DNA of 64,000 bases from Sporopachydermia quercuum (lineage: Eukaryota), in assembly GCA_001599295.1 (NCBI GenBank), contig BCGN01000001.1, forward strand, positions 1,674,001 to 1,738,000, given 5' to 3'. Numbering within the stretch: the first letter of the stretch is position 1; the number at the start of each line of letters is the position of its first letter. Below, one piece after another: positions 1-12,740 of the stretch. A program made the translations under genes and the position numbers. Below the pieces are notes generated by a model that was given only the letters and a program-made list of their open reading frames with translations, had not been told where the DNA came from and did no database searches.

Positions 1-1068
1 CTCATTAACGAATTTGAGGAGAAAGTCAAAACTGTTAAGCAATCATCACCGCTCTCCCAACGGAATGCATCAAAAGCTACCCGGAAATTAAATAGACCTT
101 CTGCTGGTCAGCTAGTGTTTGTGTTGGATCCGACGGGGAAAACACGGCTTGAGGCTGCCCACCCTACAACGATTAACAAACATGGACCTAATTACCATGT
201 AAAGCTTATTGAGAAAAATAGTAGGATAAAAATTGTGGAAAACGATGAAAGTCCTAGCAAAAGAAGGATCAGTTTCCTAAAAACACGGAAAAAATCTCAA
301 AGTAAAAGAAAACCCAAAAAGGAGAAACCTAGTAGTAGTAAAACGATTGATGACTTCTTTGCCCGAGAGACAAAGCTTGACAAAACGGAAATCAAAGAAG
401 AAATTATTAGCGAAGATTCCGCGCCCGAAAATATAACTAGCTTTGTTGACGGAAAGATGACAATAACCACAGGTGGAGAGATACAATTCACTAGTCCTAG
501 TAAACATCCACCAAGTCATTCCAAAGTGCTAGATGCTACACCAAGAAAGAAAAAAGAAAATAAAGAAATAGGGGGAGCTAAGGGAAATGATAGAACCCCT
601 AGAATTAATGTTGAGAATAGTAAACTTGGGACAAGTGAGTTATTATTTTTACTGGGTTCTTCGGATTCGGAGTCTGATTTTAATTCGGATCATTCGGAGT
701 TATTGAAATCTCCATTAAGAAGGCGGATGATTTCTGACGATGGAAGAAAGAGAATGCTTGCTCTGGAGAATGTGAAGTTTTCTGATGAAGGAGACGAGGA
801 ATCCGAAGACCGTGATTTTTTGAAATATGATGCCAACTCTCGATTTAATTTACTTGCCGATGTACGGAAGAACCTATTCAAAGCTGCGGAAAAACCTGAC
901 ACATCGGGAAAGGGAATGGGAAAGAGAGAACAAATACTGCAGTCAGAGAAGAAAATGGTTTGTTCAAGTAAGGATCAGTTTGTTGTACCATCCGATTNGG
1001 GCTCAGAAGAATTCTCAGATGTTGATTTTTCATTCAAATCAAACCATTCCGTCTTTTCTATTGACTAG
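1..1068 (+). CDS. 3' part of a gene entering from outside the window; Lys/Ser/Glu-rich, probably disordered protein of unknown function
   Basis: Frame 1 is open from base 1 (LINEFEEKVKTVKQSSPLSQ...) through the listed ORF to TAG at 1066-1068; basic clusters and SP/TP sites; no family recognised. Confidence 0.7.
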   Translation, partial: LINEFEEKVKTVKQSSPLSQRNASKATRKLNRPSAGQLVFVLDPTGKTRLEAAHPTTINKHGPNYHVKLIEKNSRIKIVENDESPSKRRISFLKTRKKSQSKRKPKKEKPSSSKTIDDFFARETKLDKTEIKEEIISEDSAPENITSFVDGKMTITTGGEIQFTSPSKHPPSHSKVLDATPRKKKENKEIGGAKGNDRTPRINVENSKLGTSELLFLLGSSDSESDFNSDHSELLKSPLRRRMISDDGRKRMLALENVKFSDEGDEESEDRDFLKYDANSRFNLLADVRKNLFKAAEKPDTSGKGMGKREQILQSEKKMVCSSKDQFVVPSDXGSEEFSDVDFSFKSNHSVFSID

Positions 1069-1564
1069 CATTAGGAAGCAGACCCTCTGACTTTGATCAA
1101 AGACAGCAAACTTAGTTAATGCTCTTATCGCTTATTCTTTACATATTTTACTTTAAAGCGATTGAAATATCCACAGATTGTGATAATGAATCATTGAGCA
1201 GCTATCATGATTAAAGTAGTACCCAAAGATTACGATGAGCATAATGTGATTATGTAATGTCAAATACTATTTCAACAGATACTGCTCATCGTCATATTTC
1301 ACATACTAACTTAGCTTTTCTTCCATCAACTTCTCTCAAGTCTATTCTTAGAAAAAATAGAGAAGCATTGGTTCTAGCATGGTTTTTCCGGTGCGGATCA
1401 ACTTATTGTGTATCTATGACCAGCTTATAAAACAAGTATCCATTATTGCGCTAGGGAATATTTAACACTATTCTGGAACATTTGGAGATTCCGAGATAAT
1501 CCTAATAATACCACGGGCCTAAAGCACCTGATTTCCTATACTGCCTTGATGTCTCTTTGATCTA

Positions 1565-3587
1565 TCCGAAATCCGGGGTAGGTACTATTCCGGTTTTTTT
1601 TCGTGAAGCCAGCATAACCCTATTAGGATATGGATTGAAATCAGGTAGATATCGCGCATGTGATAGGAAGCCTTTGAATCTCATCTTGTTTCTTGTCATA
1701 TCTGGAAAGCGAAGTCAGATGATGTGACAAGGCCAAACGATCATATGACAAAGATGATATAAATGGATAAAATGTAAGGAACGGTAGAGGGAGAAGAGAA
1801 TATATGAGGTGGTTACTTCTTTAATACATTGTTGAAAGAAGATCGAATTGTTTCATAACTCAATTAAGAGATATCAGTTAATTACTCTATAGAAAATCTT
1901 ATACGCAGGGAAATCACCCTCTCCATTATACCTAGATAAATTGAAGATTTCCTCGCATCTTCTGGCGAGCCAAGTTGGAGATTAGTCAACCCAATCTCCT
2001 CGAATGAATAAATAGCAATTATACCAGGATTGATATTTAGGTATCTACAGTTCAAGGTAATCAATTTCCCCACGATCCAACCACCATTCTATTCACCCGA
2101 ATTCTTTCCTCCTATTTTTAGTTCAATCGGGTTATTGAGTGAAAATTGTCAATTTGAAGAACCAAACACAATGTTTTTTATATTGCTTAGCCGAGCACGG
2201 AGAATCGCAAAGTATTTCTTCACTATGGTGCTTACGTTATTGCTTACGTAAGAGGAACAATATCGGAAATTATAGATAACTTTAAATGTAGTGAGTAAAA
2301 AATGTATGTACATGTAAGAAGTGACAGCTTGTTCCGAATAGATCCGGAATAAGTTCAAAGTTAATACCCCAGATTCGTTTACGGACTCCAGTTGCTCACC
2401 ATTTAAATGAGTAAAGTAGCAAGTGTACCCTTGAAATAGCCGGTAGATGTCGGAATGAGGAATGGGTTGGTTGTGTGAAGGATACGTACAATTCATATGA
2501 CATGAGAAGGATGAATCTAGGCTTTATCAAGTGATAGGTGGAAAGTCATCGCGTGAGACGTGTAAGTAGAAGAAAATCAGACTGCTGAAGTAGAAGAAAG
2601 TATAAGAAAGAAAGAAGGAGCTTTCAGAATGAATTAAAGCAATAATAGGCAAGTTTCCGTAGGTGAATAGGTCTTTGGGGTCAGAAAGGGCCTTTTGCAT
2701 ATATATCGCCTATTGAATTGCAATTGGCTTGTAGTAGTATAATAGTTCACTTGTCATACAATAATTTCATTTCCTAAGTGGGTGTCTTTATTTTGTCATG
2801 CAGAGATGACCTGTCAATGAACAAGATTACTTGGAGTGATTAAAAAACACTAAACACTACTTGGGCACATCATGAGTTAGACTAATTTAGACATCCTTGT
2901 TTATTTCGAAGGCTCTTAATGGTCATCAAATCCAGAATGCACTGTTTGATTAGGAGAATCATAGGTTGAAGGAAAATTAGGTCTGATATGAAATACAAGC
3001 ATAACTTCGAAATCTGGGGAAAATAAAATAGTCATGACAAATCAGATTCATTTGTATTTTTATGAACACCAAGAGGAAGTAGACAAATAATTTACCAAAC
3101 TCTACGGCTATTTTAAATGTGTGTTATATTTTTATCATTGAGGAACCAATCATCACAATCTCAACTACTTACCAATCCTTTAATACTCAACTCCAACCCC
3201 CGCATAATGTTCATTCTGTTAAATAAATCTTCCATCAGTGAAATCCCGACAAAATATATCTGATGTCTCATATTAGCTCTTTGTCACATTAATGTACTCA
3301 GTCTCATTTTCCATGCTCATCATGTCTCATTTACCATCATCCCAATCACCAATTTGACTGGAACTACACTAACTACTCGCATTACCATCATTTCTTCTCA
3401 ATTCTTGTCATCAAATCATCCGACACTCAACCCGTTCTTTCCCTACATTCCAACCATCTCTTCCTCAAGTTTCCCTCATCTCTATTCTTTGTCACCCTTT
3501 TCTCCGCTAAAAAGTATACTGAAGGATATTCTCATCCATATACGCAAGACCTAAAAATTAATCTCCTGTTTGTTCCGAAATCTGGAG
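1565..3587 (+). promoter_or_regulatory. PCK1 upstream region with Mig1/CreA-type SYGGRG sites and a thrice-repeated TYCGAAATCYGGRG element
   Basis: CGAAATCCGGGG 1567-1578, CGAAATCTGGGG 3008-3019, CGAAATCTGGAG 3576-3587; ATTATGCGGGG on the minus strand at 3198-3208. Glucose repression of PCK1 is established in yeasts. Confidence 0.5.
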
Positions 3588-3883
3588 TAAATGTATGGAA
3601 GAAGTCGAACTTTATTTCTATTATTACCACTATAATGCAAATTTCACAATTCATTTTCTCTCATCAAAGGACAAATGGTTAGTGTGATAATAATGAGGGT
3701 AAAGAAATATGGGAATAGTATTTAAATAGGAGGAATTCCCATTAAAAGACTTAAAAAATACTATTAAATATTTTAAAAATTTTCCTTTGGATTGAATATC
3801 GAATCATCAAATCACTCAGTTCTATCGTATTTGTAGTTAGCTATCATAGAATAGAACAACATTATTCATAGCAACCTTTCACA

Positions 3884-5548
3884 ATGACTCCTGCTGTCAA
3901 CGTCACCAAATTGCATCCTCAAGGTGTTGAGCCTGATCACACTGAGTTGGAAGAAGAATTATATGAAACTGCTCATATTGATTATAACAGAGTTCATATC
4001 AACCATAACCCTAGTGTTCCATCTTTGTACGAAGATGCCTTAGTTCACGAAATCGGATCAGCTATCAACTCAACTGGTGCTTTAGTTGCATCTTCTGGTA
4101 AGAAGACTGGTAGATCACCAAAGGACAAGCGTATTGTTGATGAACCATCATCTTCTGAACACATTTGGTGGGGACCCGTGAATAAGAAGTTGACTGAACA
4201 ATCATGGTTAGTTAACAGAGAAAGAGCAATTGATTACTTGAATACTAGAGAACGTATTTATGTTGTTGATGCTTATGCTGGCTGGGATCCTAAATACAGA
4301 CTTAAAGTCAGAGTTGTTTGCGCTAGAGCCTATCATGCCTTATTCATGAGAAACATGCTAATTAGGCCCTCCAAGCAAGAATTGGAAGACTTCGGAAAGC
4401 CTGATTTCACTATTTATAATGCTGGTACTTTCCCTGCCAATAGATACACTTCTGGTATGACTTCCAACACTTCAGTTGCTATCAACTTCAAGGAAATGGA
4501 AATGCTTATCTTGGGTACTGAATACGCCGGTGAAATGAAGAAGGGTATCTTCACTGTGATGTTCTACTTACAACCTGTTAAATACAAGGTTCTTACTTTA
4601 CACTCATCTTGTAACGAAGGTTCTGACGGTGATGTCACTTTATTTTTTGGTTTATCAGGTACTGGTAAGACAACTTTATCTGCTGATCCTAACAGATTAC
4701 TTATTGGTGATGACGAACACTGCTGGTCTGACGATGGTGTCTTCAACATTGAAGGTGGTTGTTACGCTAAGTGCTTAGGTCTTTCTGGTGAAAAGGAACC
4801 TGACATTTTCAATGCTATTAGATTTGGTTCCGTTTTAGAAAACGTTGTTTTCGATCCTATCAGCAGAGAAGTTGATTACGATGATGCCACTTTAACTGAA
4901 AACACCAGATGTTCTTATCCTATTGAATATATTCCTAATGCAAAGATTCCATGTCTTACATCTTCTCATCCATCCAACATTATCTTGTTGACTTGTGATG
5001 CTAGAGGTGTTATCCCTCCTATCTCCAAGCTTACAAATTCTCAAGTTATGTATCATTTTATTTCTGGTTATACTTCTAAGATGGCTGGTACCGAAGAAGG
5101 TGTTACTGAGCCTGAGGCTACTTTCTCTGCCTGTTTCGGTCAACCTTTCTTGGTCTTACACCCAATGAAGTACGCTCAAATGCTTTCTGATAAGATGACT
5201 GAACACAAGGCCAATGCTTGGTTATTGAACACTGGATGGACTGGTCAATCTTACACCAAGGGAGGCAAGAGATGTCCACTTAAGTACACTAGAGCTATTT
5301 TGGATGCCATTCACTCTGGTGAACTTTCCAAGGTTGAATACGAAACTTTCCCTGTTTTCGGTCTTCAAGTTCCTAAGTCAGTTCCAACTGTTCCAAGTGA
5401 AATCTTGAATCCTGCAAACGCATGGCAAGGAGGAAAGGAAGAATTCTTTGGTGAGGTTACCAAACTTGCCAAGCTATTCTCTGAAAATTTTGAAACCTAC
5501 AAGTCTGGCGCTACTGAGGAAGTTATTGCAGCTGGTCCTTCTGTCTAA
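3884..5548 (+). CDS. PCK1: Phosphoenolpyruvate carboxykinase (ATP)
   Basis: 554 aa; motifs [21 protein letters not shown]-loop [25 protein letters not shown]; strong codon bias. Confidence 0.98.
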   Translation: MTPAVNVTKLHPQGVEPDHTELEEELYETAHIDYNRVHINHNPSVPSLYEDALVHEIGSAINSTGALVASSGKKTGRSPKDKRIVDEPSSSEHIWWGPVNKKLTEQSWLVNRERAIDYLNTRERIYVVDAYAGWDPKYRLKVRVVCARAYHALFMRNMLIRPSKQELEDFGKPDFTIYNAGTFPANRYTSGMTSNTSVAINFKEMEMLILGTEYAGEMKKGIFTVMFYLQPVKYKVLTLHSSCNEGSDGDVTLFFGLSGTGKTTLSADPNRLLIGDDEHCWSDDGVFNIEGGCYAKCLGLSGEKEPDIFNAIRFGSVLENVVFDPISREVDYDDATLTENTRCSYPIEYIPNAKIPCLTSSHPSNIILLTCDARGVIPPISKLTNSQVMYHFISGYTSKMAGTEEGVTEPEATFSACFGQPFLVLHPMKYAQMLSDKMTEHKANAWLLNTGWTGQSYTKGGKRCPLKYTRAILDAIHSGELSKVEYETFPVFGLQVPKSVPTVPSEILNPANAWQGGKEEFFGEVTKLAKLFSENFETYKSGATEEVIAAGPSV

Positions 5549-7930
5549 GCTCTTAGCATTTTATAGCATATACATATGTAATTGGGCGGTTTAATTCATA
5601 ATTGTATTTATAAAGTATTGTTCTGAGTAGTAGATAGCTTGTAAAGAAAATAAAGAAAATAGAGACAGAGACCTAACTTAAAGTAAATTGTATCCCATTT
5701 ATAGATACAGCTTGTGAAGTATTTAGACAACAAAGAAGAATCCGTTATATTAATCCCAACTTCTTATACTAGTTAGTATATATGAATCTATTTTTCCATT
5801 GGCCTACTTGCTTAGAAGTAACAATGTTGTGGGCGGTTAGGCTTATCTGAGAGGCTTCCTGTTCTTCTTAGGACAAAAACTTTGCATGTAGCCATAATTC
5901 TACCCAGACACTAGACAAGTTGTTTCTCATTTATTTGGAAGTTCCGATTCAATTGATCAAATAATCAAACTGGTATTTCATTNTGATAGATAACACTCTT
6001 GTAAAAGAAGCTTTGTTTGAGGTAGTTGTATCCTAATAGAGAAGTTTTATTCGAGGAATTTAGATCTCAGATTAAGGTGCTTTTGTCACATGATACGATT
6101 GGTAAGGTCAGGTGGAAAAGCTTTTTGGCGTGGTTCATAAAAGAGTAATAGATTATACATCTTTGATAATCAGTTAGTTGCTACATGAATTTAGGTTAGT
6201 GAATGATCAGTAGTGAAAAATTTCCAGCACCGAATTAAAACTTTTCATTATCTTTATCACTTATAGTTTTTTATTTATTTATTAATAAGCATAGATCCAT
6301 TAACTTATTCTTGCTTTGAATCAGGTTTTACCTGTAGTAACATGGTAAACTTTCTTGAGGATAATACAGCCTTACATGGCAATAAAATTAATTAAAAGAG
6401 AAGAATCAGGAGGTTCCCCGTCATTACTAATAGTGTGGTATACTGACCTGAACAGATTAAAATTTATGATGTTGAACCTGCTTTTGAAATAACTTCAACA
6501 GCCAAAAAGAAACTAGAAAAAATCAACCAATAAACCTGTTATACTTAATTTATTATTTATATTCCGTTATCTCTATCGACTCTACCGTGTTTTATTCTTA
6601 TTTGATCATTTCTCATTAAATATAACTGTCGCTCGGTAATACCCCGTTTGAGAAATTGAGTTTGGGTATAAGCTCAAGACAAAAAGCTAAATAAGCTTAA
6701 TCACAGTGATGGTCCATGTGAAACCGAAGAACAATGAGGAAGAAACTAAGAACAAAGTAACAATACTTTGTGGTATGACAGTTGTACTCTTACAATGGTT
6801 GAAGTGGTTTGTAAATTAAGAAAAAAAAATAGATTTTAAACACATAAGCTAGTAGTAGATACATATAAACTAAGCATTCTGATGATATAGGAAGAAGCAG
6901 CTAGTGAAATATTAGTTTCTAACTTTAAACCTTATTTTATTTTACTTCAAATGCAAGTACCCTCGAGATAATCGAGATGATATTTGATTGATTTAGATTT
7001 CCTTTACTATAAATATTTGATTCATGATTTGTTCTTGCTGATGATAACAGGTTTCTCTCTTAATAGATATTCTTTTACCCAGGCTTTGCTTCCCTTTCGT
7101 TCTTATCCCTCCTGCTCATTCCGTATACCCGTCAAATTACTCATTGACTTGCATAAACGTTATGCATAAACTTATTTAACTTTCGGGACGTTATTGCTCT
7201 TCGTCCCGATAAGCCTCCTTGATATTTTTAAAGAACCATCTATCCCAGCACGAGACATCTTCTTCCACACACTAAACACGATCCAAGTAACAGTTTTGAA
7301 TTCCAACATTTCTCAAACTAAAATCAAAAAGTACTTTAACACTCCTAATCTACTGCATCTTCAAACATTTTCAAGCCTTAAGAAAAGTGGAAAAACAAAT
7401 TCATATCTCCCCCTAGTTCCAAACTTTCCGGACAATCAACCTTTCGCTAGTCTTCCTTACCATCTGAGTACCGGACAATCAACTCAAATTCTCTTTCTTT
7501 TTACGAAAAGCTTTTCTGTTATCTCTTTCCCATTTGAATTCCCTGTTACAACTTATCATCCATCTCTCAAGGAAATAGGTCTAGAAACCAAAGCTTGTTT
7601 GCAGTCAGAGAAACATTTCTAATTTCCAGAAAAGCTGTATAAGTTACATCAATTTTCAGCCAATCACGCATCAAACACACGGGAAGTGTATCATTGCGTG
7701 CGTGGGTGCATGAGTAAAAAAAAGCTTATTGTCTCTACTTACAGTGAGAGAACGAGATAGATCCCATTGCAGTTTGCACATGGAAACTGCTTTTTATTTT
7801 TGTTACCAAGCAAAACAACANCTGTAAACAACATTATCTACAGTTCTATTGATATTGCATAGTTGTACATAAATCTAGAAGAAAAAAGTTTGAATCCAAA
7901 GTAATACAAGCACTAATTCTATCAGGCATC

Positions 7931-10900
7931 ATGGTGAGCCGCTCAGGTACTGTATCATCAGGATCCAGAAGATCGCACAGCTCATCAGTAACAAATAATT
8001 CTAGACCAGGTAGTCCATTATCGCCAATTCTTAACTCAAGGCCTATTTCTCCACCTGTGTCTGCTGCAGGGTTTCCTTCGAATGCTCTAAGCCATCAAGA
8101 TGTCGTTGCAGGCTCATCAACAATACAAGCATTTATAATGCTGGCAGAACCACATATATATGTCCAAGGATTTGAAGAACAGGAGATGGAGGAAGCACCA
8201 CCAACGATGCTGCGGGGCTCGTTAATTCTACGAATATCAAGACCTACAAAGCTGAAAGCGATTTCGCTGATGTTTAAAGGGATAGCGACTACGGAATGGC
8301 CTGAAGGAATTCCACCGAAACGGCAAGAGACATCGGAAACCATTGAACTAATATCACATGGCTGGCCATTTTTCAACGCTCATTATCCCTTAGAAAATGA
8401 TCGATTCCCATTTTGTGGAGCCCATATCATCCGACCGTACGGTGGATCATCCGACAAGGACAAGGACAGTGGATTTTCGGATCTAACTACTACAATATCA
8501 CCGATGCCGGGCTCACCCATATTAGGAGTACTTTCTCCAAGAATCTCGTCATCTTCAATATCTGCAATATCATTGTCTCCCGTTTTAAAGCATAGCAGAC
8601 CTTCAGCATCAATTTTAAATCATTTGGAATCTCCAAAATCTCGCCTTAGATCTGGTTCCGATTCAGAATACAACCGATCCAATACTTCCAATCTCAACTC
8701 CAATGCAGATGCCGAACTCAACCTGCATCAAACTTTAGCATCTGATACAATGTCCATAACCGGTATCCGAAGTAAGGGCTATTCTGTATTTCCGGCTGGT
8801 GACTACATATACAACTTCGAACAGCCAATCCATGCATCTATTCCGGAAACAATATCTTGTACGTTCGGAACAGTTCAATACTGTCTAGAAGCCACTATAG
8901 AGCGTTACGGAACTTTTAAATCAAATCTTGTCGGTAAGAAACCAGTGACGATTGTCCGGACAGTCTCAGATGATTCTCAAGAATCCTCGGAACCAATAGC
9001 AATTTCTAGAGATTGGGAAGATCAGCTTCATTACGATATCGTTATTGGCGGAAAAGCTTTCCCTATCAACACAAGTATTCCCATAGCGTTCAAACTTACT
9101 CCGCTTGCTAAGATCCAACTTCATAGAATTAGAGTTTATCTTACCGAGAATGTGGAGTATTTCGCTAAGAAAAAGAAGGTTCATCGGCTTGAAACGATAA
9201 AGAAGTTTTTGATTCTAGAACATGTTCCCGTCGGTGGAGCGGAAGACTCTCTTTTCGGGACGCTGGAAGAAGTGGGAGAGATTGGATCGGCAAACTCCGG
9301 AGTAGGTGCCATGGAAGCCGAGTTTTCAATGCTTATTCCTGATACTTTATCTAAAGGAAGATTCACTATTCAACCGGATTCTTCCTATGAAAATATCAAT
9401 GCTCATCATTGGATTAAGATTTCATTAAGATTATCTCGGAAAGACCCCGATAATCCAGAGAAACGGAAACATTATGAAATCTCTATTGATTCTCCTATTC
9501 ATATATTATCTCCGCTTTGCAATCTCAAATATATCTCACTTCCGCCTTACTCCCCAGACGCTATTCCGGAAACTTCAGAAATGTTGGAACTCACATATTC
9601 AGGCTTAAACATTCCTTCTCAACCTTCAACTCTTTCACTTGACTCGGTCTTAGGACAAATGGCAGGTCCACAAGTAGGTTCAAATCCGGGTCATCTTAGA
9701 AGTAGAGCAGCAACAGTCCCTGTTCCGGGTTCAGGTATCGGAACAGCTTCAAGTATGCAAACCGATGACGGTGGAGTTGGTAGTGGAACTACAAATGATT
9801 CAATGGTATATTATCCCAGAAATTACGTTCATAGAACGGCTACAGGACCCTTATCTCCGCAAGTTACTGCTATATCTTCTCCGTTATTATCACCTCATTT
9901 GCAGGAAGTGCCTCCTCCACCATTTCAAGAACGGGATCGTCATCCGATTATAAACGAAGCGCCTCCTATATATGAAGAAATTGTCAGAACAACGGCTTTG
10001 GGATCTGTGTTATCAACTCCAGTTTCTGAGACTCAAACTTCGGATCATTCTGGGGCTGCAATAGGAGCTGGAACAGATCTACCGGTACAAACTCTACCAG
10101 ATATCGGAGATTATTATGATAGATATCAAACAGATAGTAATAGCATATTAACATCGACGAGTAGCGGGGCGGCTAGCGGATCGACATCCACATCATATTC
10201 AATAGCACCGTCTGCTACCGGTACTAACGGAGCGGAAGACGGGAAATCCTTGCGTTCAGTCTCCACTAGAAATTCCAGAGAAAGCGGAGAAGTTGGAGAA
10301 TCTAATCCGGTCTTACAGCTGGCGGATATAAGCTCGGGAGATCTTGGGCTTGGTTCGAAACACTCAGAATCCTTAAACGTGCCCATATCCATACTACCTA
10401 GTAGTTTCCATACCGGAGAGATGTCAAATGATAGCANCAGATTGCCTGATGGTACCAGTATGTCTACCCGTACTCAGGAAAATGAAAATAATGGAGTTGA
10501 TGCTAGTTCACCTGAAGCTTCAGGAAAGGATAGCGTAGAAACTCCTAGAGGGACTGGATTGAATCAAGTAATAACCGCCTCCGACTTCCTCCATCAGGAA
10601 TATTCTAATAGTCCCGATAGTTCAGTTGCGTCTGATAATATCGAAGCTGACAATACAATATCTCGATCAATTTCTCCGTCGTCGGAATATGCTGCATCTT
10701 TAGCGTTCTCGGAAGCTGAGCAAGAGCCACTGTTGACNACTATCAAATCAGCTACATCAAATTCATCATTAGCATCAGCAGATAGAACCTCAAACTCATT
10801 TGCCCACCCCCCTCCGAATTTCTACCATCTGAGAAGACAATCAAATGCCAGTCTATTGTCGGGTGATCGCAATGGTTCTGTTGATATCACATCGTTTTAT

Positions 10901-11407
10901 CCTCAGTTAGTAAACTCAGAACGGAGAAGTTCGCAACTCACATTGGCTTCAGACGTTCTAGGGCATTCAATTAGTCCCGTAGAACCAGCTCAATTTGTAC
11001 CAGGAAGTATCGGAGAAGATACAAGAGATACCTCCCCGCGCTTCAAACTTGGGTTATTCCGAAGTGGAAAAGAAACCAGAAAGAACTATCAAAATCCTGA
11101 AGAAGTATCACAAGATATTTATAATGAACCAATAACTTTCGGTTTGAAGAGCATGAGATCTCCGTCTTTTGGAATCGGAATGGATCCAACTGTTGACATG
11201 GAGATTTCGGAACTATCAGAAACATTCAACCGAGTTGGTATCAAATCATTAGGACAACCATCTGCTAGCACTGCAAGCAATAGCACTAGGAAAAATAAAA
11301 GTGGATGCGATACATCATCACAGTCACAATATAATGCCGCGATGCCAATATTGTCTACTATTGCATCCAATGGAGTGGAAGATGAAAAGTTGTATGAAAA
11401 GGATTGA
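7931..11407 (+). CDS. ALY2: Alpha-arrestin (Aly1/Aly2, Art6/Art3-like) Rsp5 adaptor
   Basis: 1158 aa; TEWPEGIPPK, GDYIYNFE, ISRDWEDQLHYDIVI, HHWIKISLRLS, EISIDSPIHILS arrestin segments; PY-type motifs LPPY and PPIY; Ser-rich tail; adjacent to EXO70 as in S. cerevisiae. Confidence 0.88.
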   Translation: MVSRSGTVSSGSRRSHSSSVTNNSRPGSPLSPILNSRPISPPVSAAGFPSNALSHQDVVAGSSTIQAFIMLAEPHIYVQGFEEQEMEEAPPTMLRGSLILRISRPTKLKAISLMFKGIATTEWPEGIPPKRQETSETIELISHGWPFFNAHYPLENDRFPFCGAHIIRPYGGSSDKDKDSGFSDLTTTISPMPGSPILGVLSPRISSSSISAISLSPVLKHSRPSASILNHLESPKSRLRSGSDSEYNRSNTSNLNSNADAELNLHQTLASDTMSITGIRSKGYSVFPAGDYIYNFEQPIHASIPETISCTFGTVQYCLEATIERYGTFKSNLVGKKPVTIVRTVSDDSQESSEPIAISRDWEDQLHYDIVIGGKAFPINTSIPIAFKLTPLAKIQLHRIRVYLTENVEYFAKKKKVHRLETIKKFLILEHVPVGGAEDSLFGTLEEVGEIGSANSGVGAMEAEFSMLIPDTLSKGRFTIQPDSSYENINAHHWIKISLRLSRKDPDNPEKRKHYEISIDSPIHILSPLCNLKYISLPPYSPDAIPETSEMLELTYSGLNIPSQPSTLSLDSVLGQMAGPQVGSNPGHLRSRAATVPVPGSGIGTASSMQTDDGGVGSGTTNDSMVYYPRNYVHRTATGPLSPQVTAISSPLLSPHLQEVPPPPFQERDRHPIINEAPPIYEEIVRTTALGSVLSTPVSETQTSDHSGAAIGAGTDLPVQTLPDIGDYYDRYQTDSNSILTSTSSGAASGSTSTSYSIAPSATGTNGAEDGKSLRSVSTRNSRESGEVGESNPVLQLADISSGDLGLGSKHSESLNVPISILPSSFHTGEMSNDSXRLPDGTSMSTRTQENENNGVDASSPEASGKDSVETPRGTGLNQVITASDFLHQEYSNSPDSSVASDNIEADNTISRSISPSSEYAASLAFSEAEQEPLLXTIKSATSNSSLASADRTSNSFAHPPPNFYHLRRQSNASLLSGDRNGSVDITSFYPQLVNSERRSSQLTLASDVLGHSISPVEPAQFVPGSIGEDTRDTSPRFKLGLFRSGKETRKNYQNPEEVSQDIYNEPITFGLKSMRSPSFGIGMDPTVDMEISELSETFNRVGIKSLGQPSASTASNSTRKNKSGCDTSSQSQYNAAMPILSTIASNGVEDEKLYEKD

Positions 11408-12539
11408 AAGGGAAAGATAGAGTGTGATGAAGTAAAGTAGGGTTATTTAATGAATAGATAGAGTAAACGGAATAAATGGGCCGTAAGTATAATACGAGAT
11501 GAGTAGTAGTTGGCAACATTTTATACAGTAATATTCAATAGAATTAATAATAAAATCACTACTATAGAAAAGATCATTCTCTTATATGACTATGTATCTT
11601 TGGCCTTGTTACTCAGTCACCAATTAGTTTAATATATCGAAGAGCATCACATGAATAAATGTATAAACAGCACTCAAACTTGTCTTCATACTATCTAATT
11701 CTAAAGATCTGACCAAATTCCAATTAGTCAGAAAGGTTCTCTTTCTTCAAACGTATAAACGAGCCTTGCTTTGATCAGAACCCCCAACTCTCGGATTATT
11801 TGATGAAAGTGAGTCAGTAAACCAGTAATCTTTGTTATTTTTACCGCACATCGATAACAATGTTCGTGCTGATTCATCTCTCTCATTAAATAGCCGGCCG
11901 TCTTATAGACTCCAATACCATCATTCAATGTTACAATCGTTTTTTCTAATAAAAGNAAGACAGAATATATATAAATCAAGACATAAGTCAAAATATCTTG
12001 TATAATAACCACCAAGAGTCACAGAAAAGGTCAGCAGTCTCTCGAACCGGTAGTTCATAATACCCTATGGATAGCGATTGAATCTATTAAATCTTCGGGA
12101 TAGATGCAAAATTTTGAGGATGATCTTCCAGCAACAATCACTAGTAAACAGAAACTGTATGAAATTCTCAACTCCAGTCGATGCAAATACACCACTAGTA
12201 GCAATCACTTATCACTTACCAATACTGCTTCCAGGTGCCAGGAATTATATTTGTCACCACCACTTATGGATGCACGCCATTCATTGATTTTCGCTACTTG
12301 CACTTTAAATCGTTCCAACCCTGAAAACAAATAAGAGTTTCTTGGAGTGAATACTGGAAAACGTGCCAACGAAAACAGAAATCAAGTCAAATTGTCCTGC
12401 TAACCCGTCATTTTCATTCAACTTTTCATTGTTTCAAAATCGAGTGCAACCATATATTCTAGTAAAAAGAAATACCAGAGATACCTTGTTCTCCTTTATT
12501 CTATGGTTCTTACGTCAAACAGACCTGTCAGAAAATTTT

Positions 12540-12740
12540 CTAAAATCTTCTCCAGAAGTTTCTGAAATCCCATCCAGCACTTTGGCCTTCTTCCGTAACA
12601 TAAACATCACGCTTTCTTTGATTAAACCTATCCATTTCTATTATTTGATCATGGATATAATGGAACCCACCTACTGCATAAAAGACAAACAGTCCAATAA
12701 ATAATTTGTGCTGGAATTTCAACAAAGGTTGTTTGGCCAT
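12540..12740 (-). CDS. Small 66-aa single-pass membrane protein, possibly COX14-like
   Basis: ATG at 12740 (ataATGG context): MAKQPLLKFQHKLFIGLFVFYAVGGFHYIHDQIIEMDRFNQRKRD...WRRF; one hydrophobic segment followed by a charged tail; resemblance to Cox14 is by eye only. Confidence 0.45.
   Translation of the reverse strand: MAKQPLLKFQHKLFIGLFVFYAVGGFHYIHDQIIEMDRFNQRKRDVYVTEEGQSAGWDFRNFWRRF

Noticed and set aside
6342..6451. ATG|GTAAAC...TACTAATAG possible intron giving MCGILT*
   Set aside because: The product stops after six codons and the donor is weak; no gene can be supported.
6701..6820. TCACAGTGATG resembling the start of U14 snoRNA, overlapping a 36-codon ORF
   Set aside because: No U14 guide domains or closing D-box stem were seen; the ORF has no recognisable features.
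7194..7622. 142-aa ORF
   Set aside because: Non-ATG start, promoter-like composition, no motifs.
11728..12480. Short ORFs and an exon-like minus-strand segment ending in GTAAGT
   Set aside because: I could not assemble a coherent spliced gene or recognise any homology.
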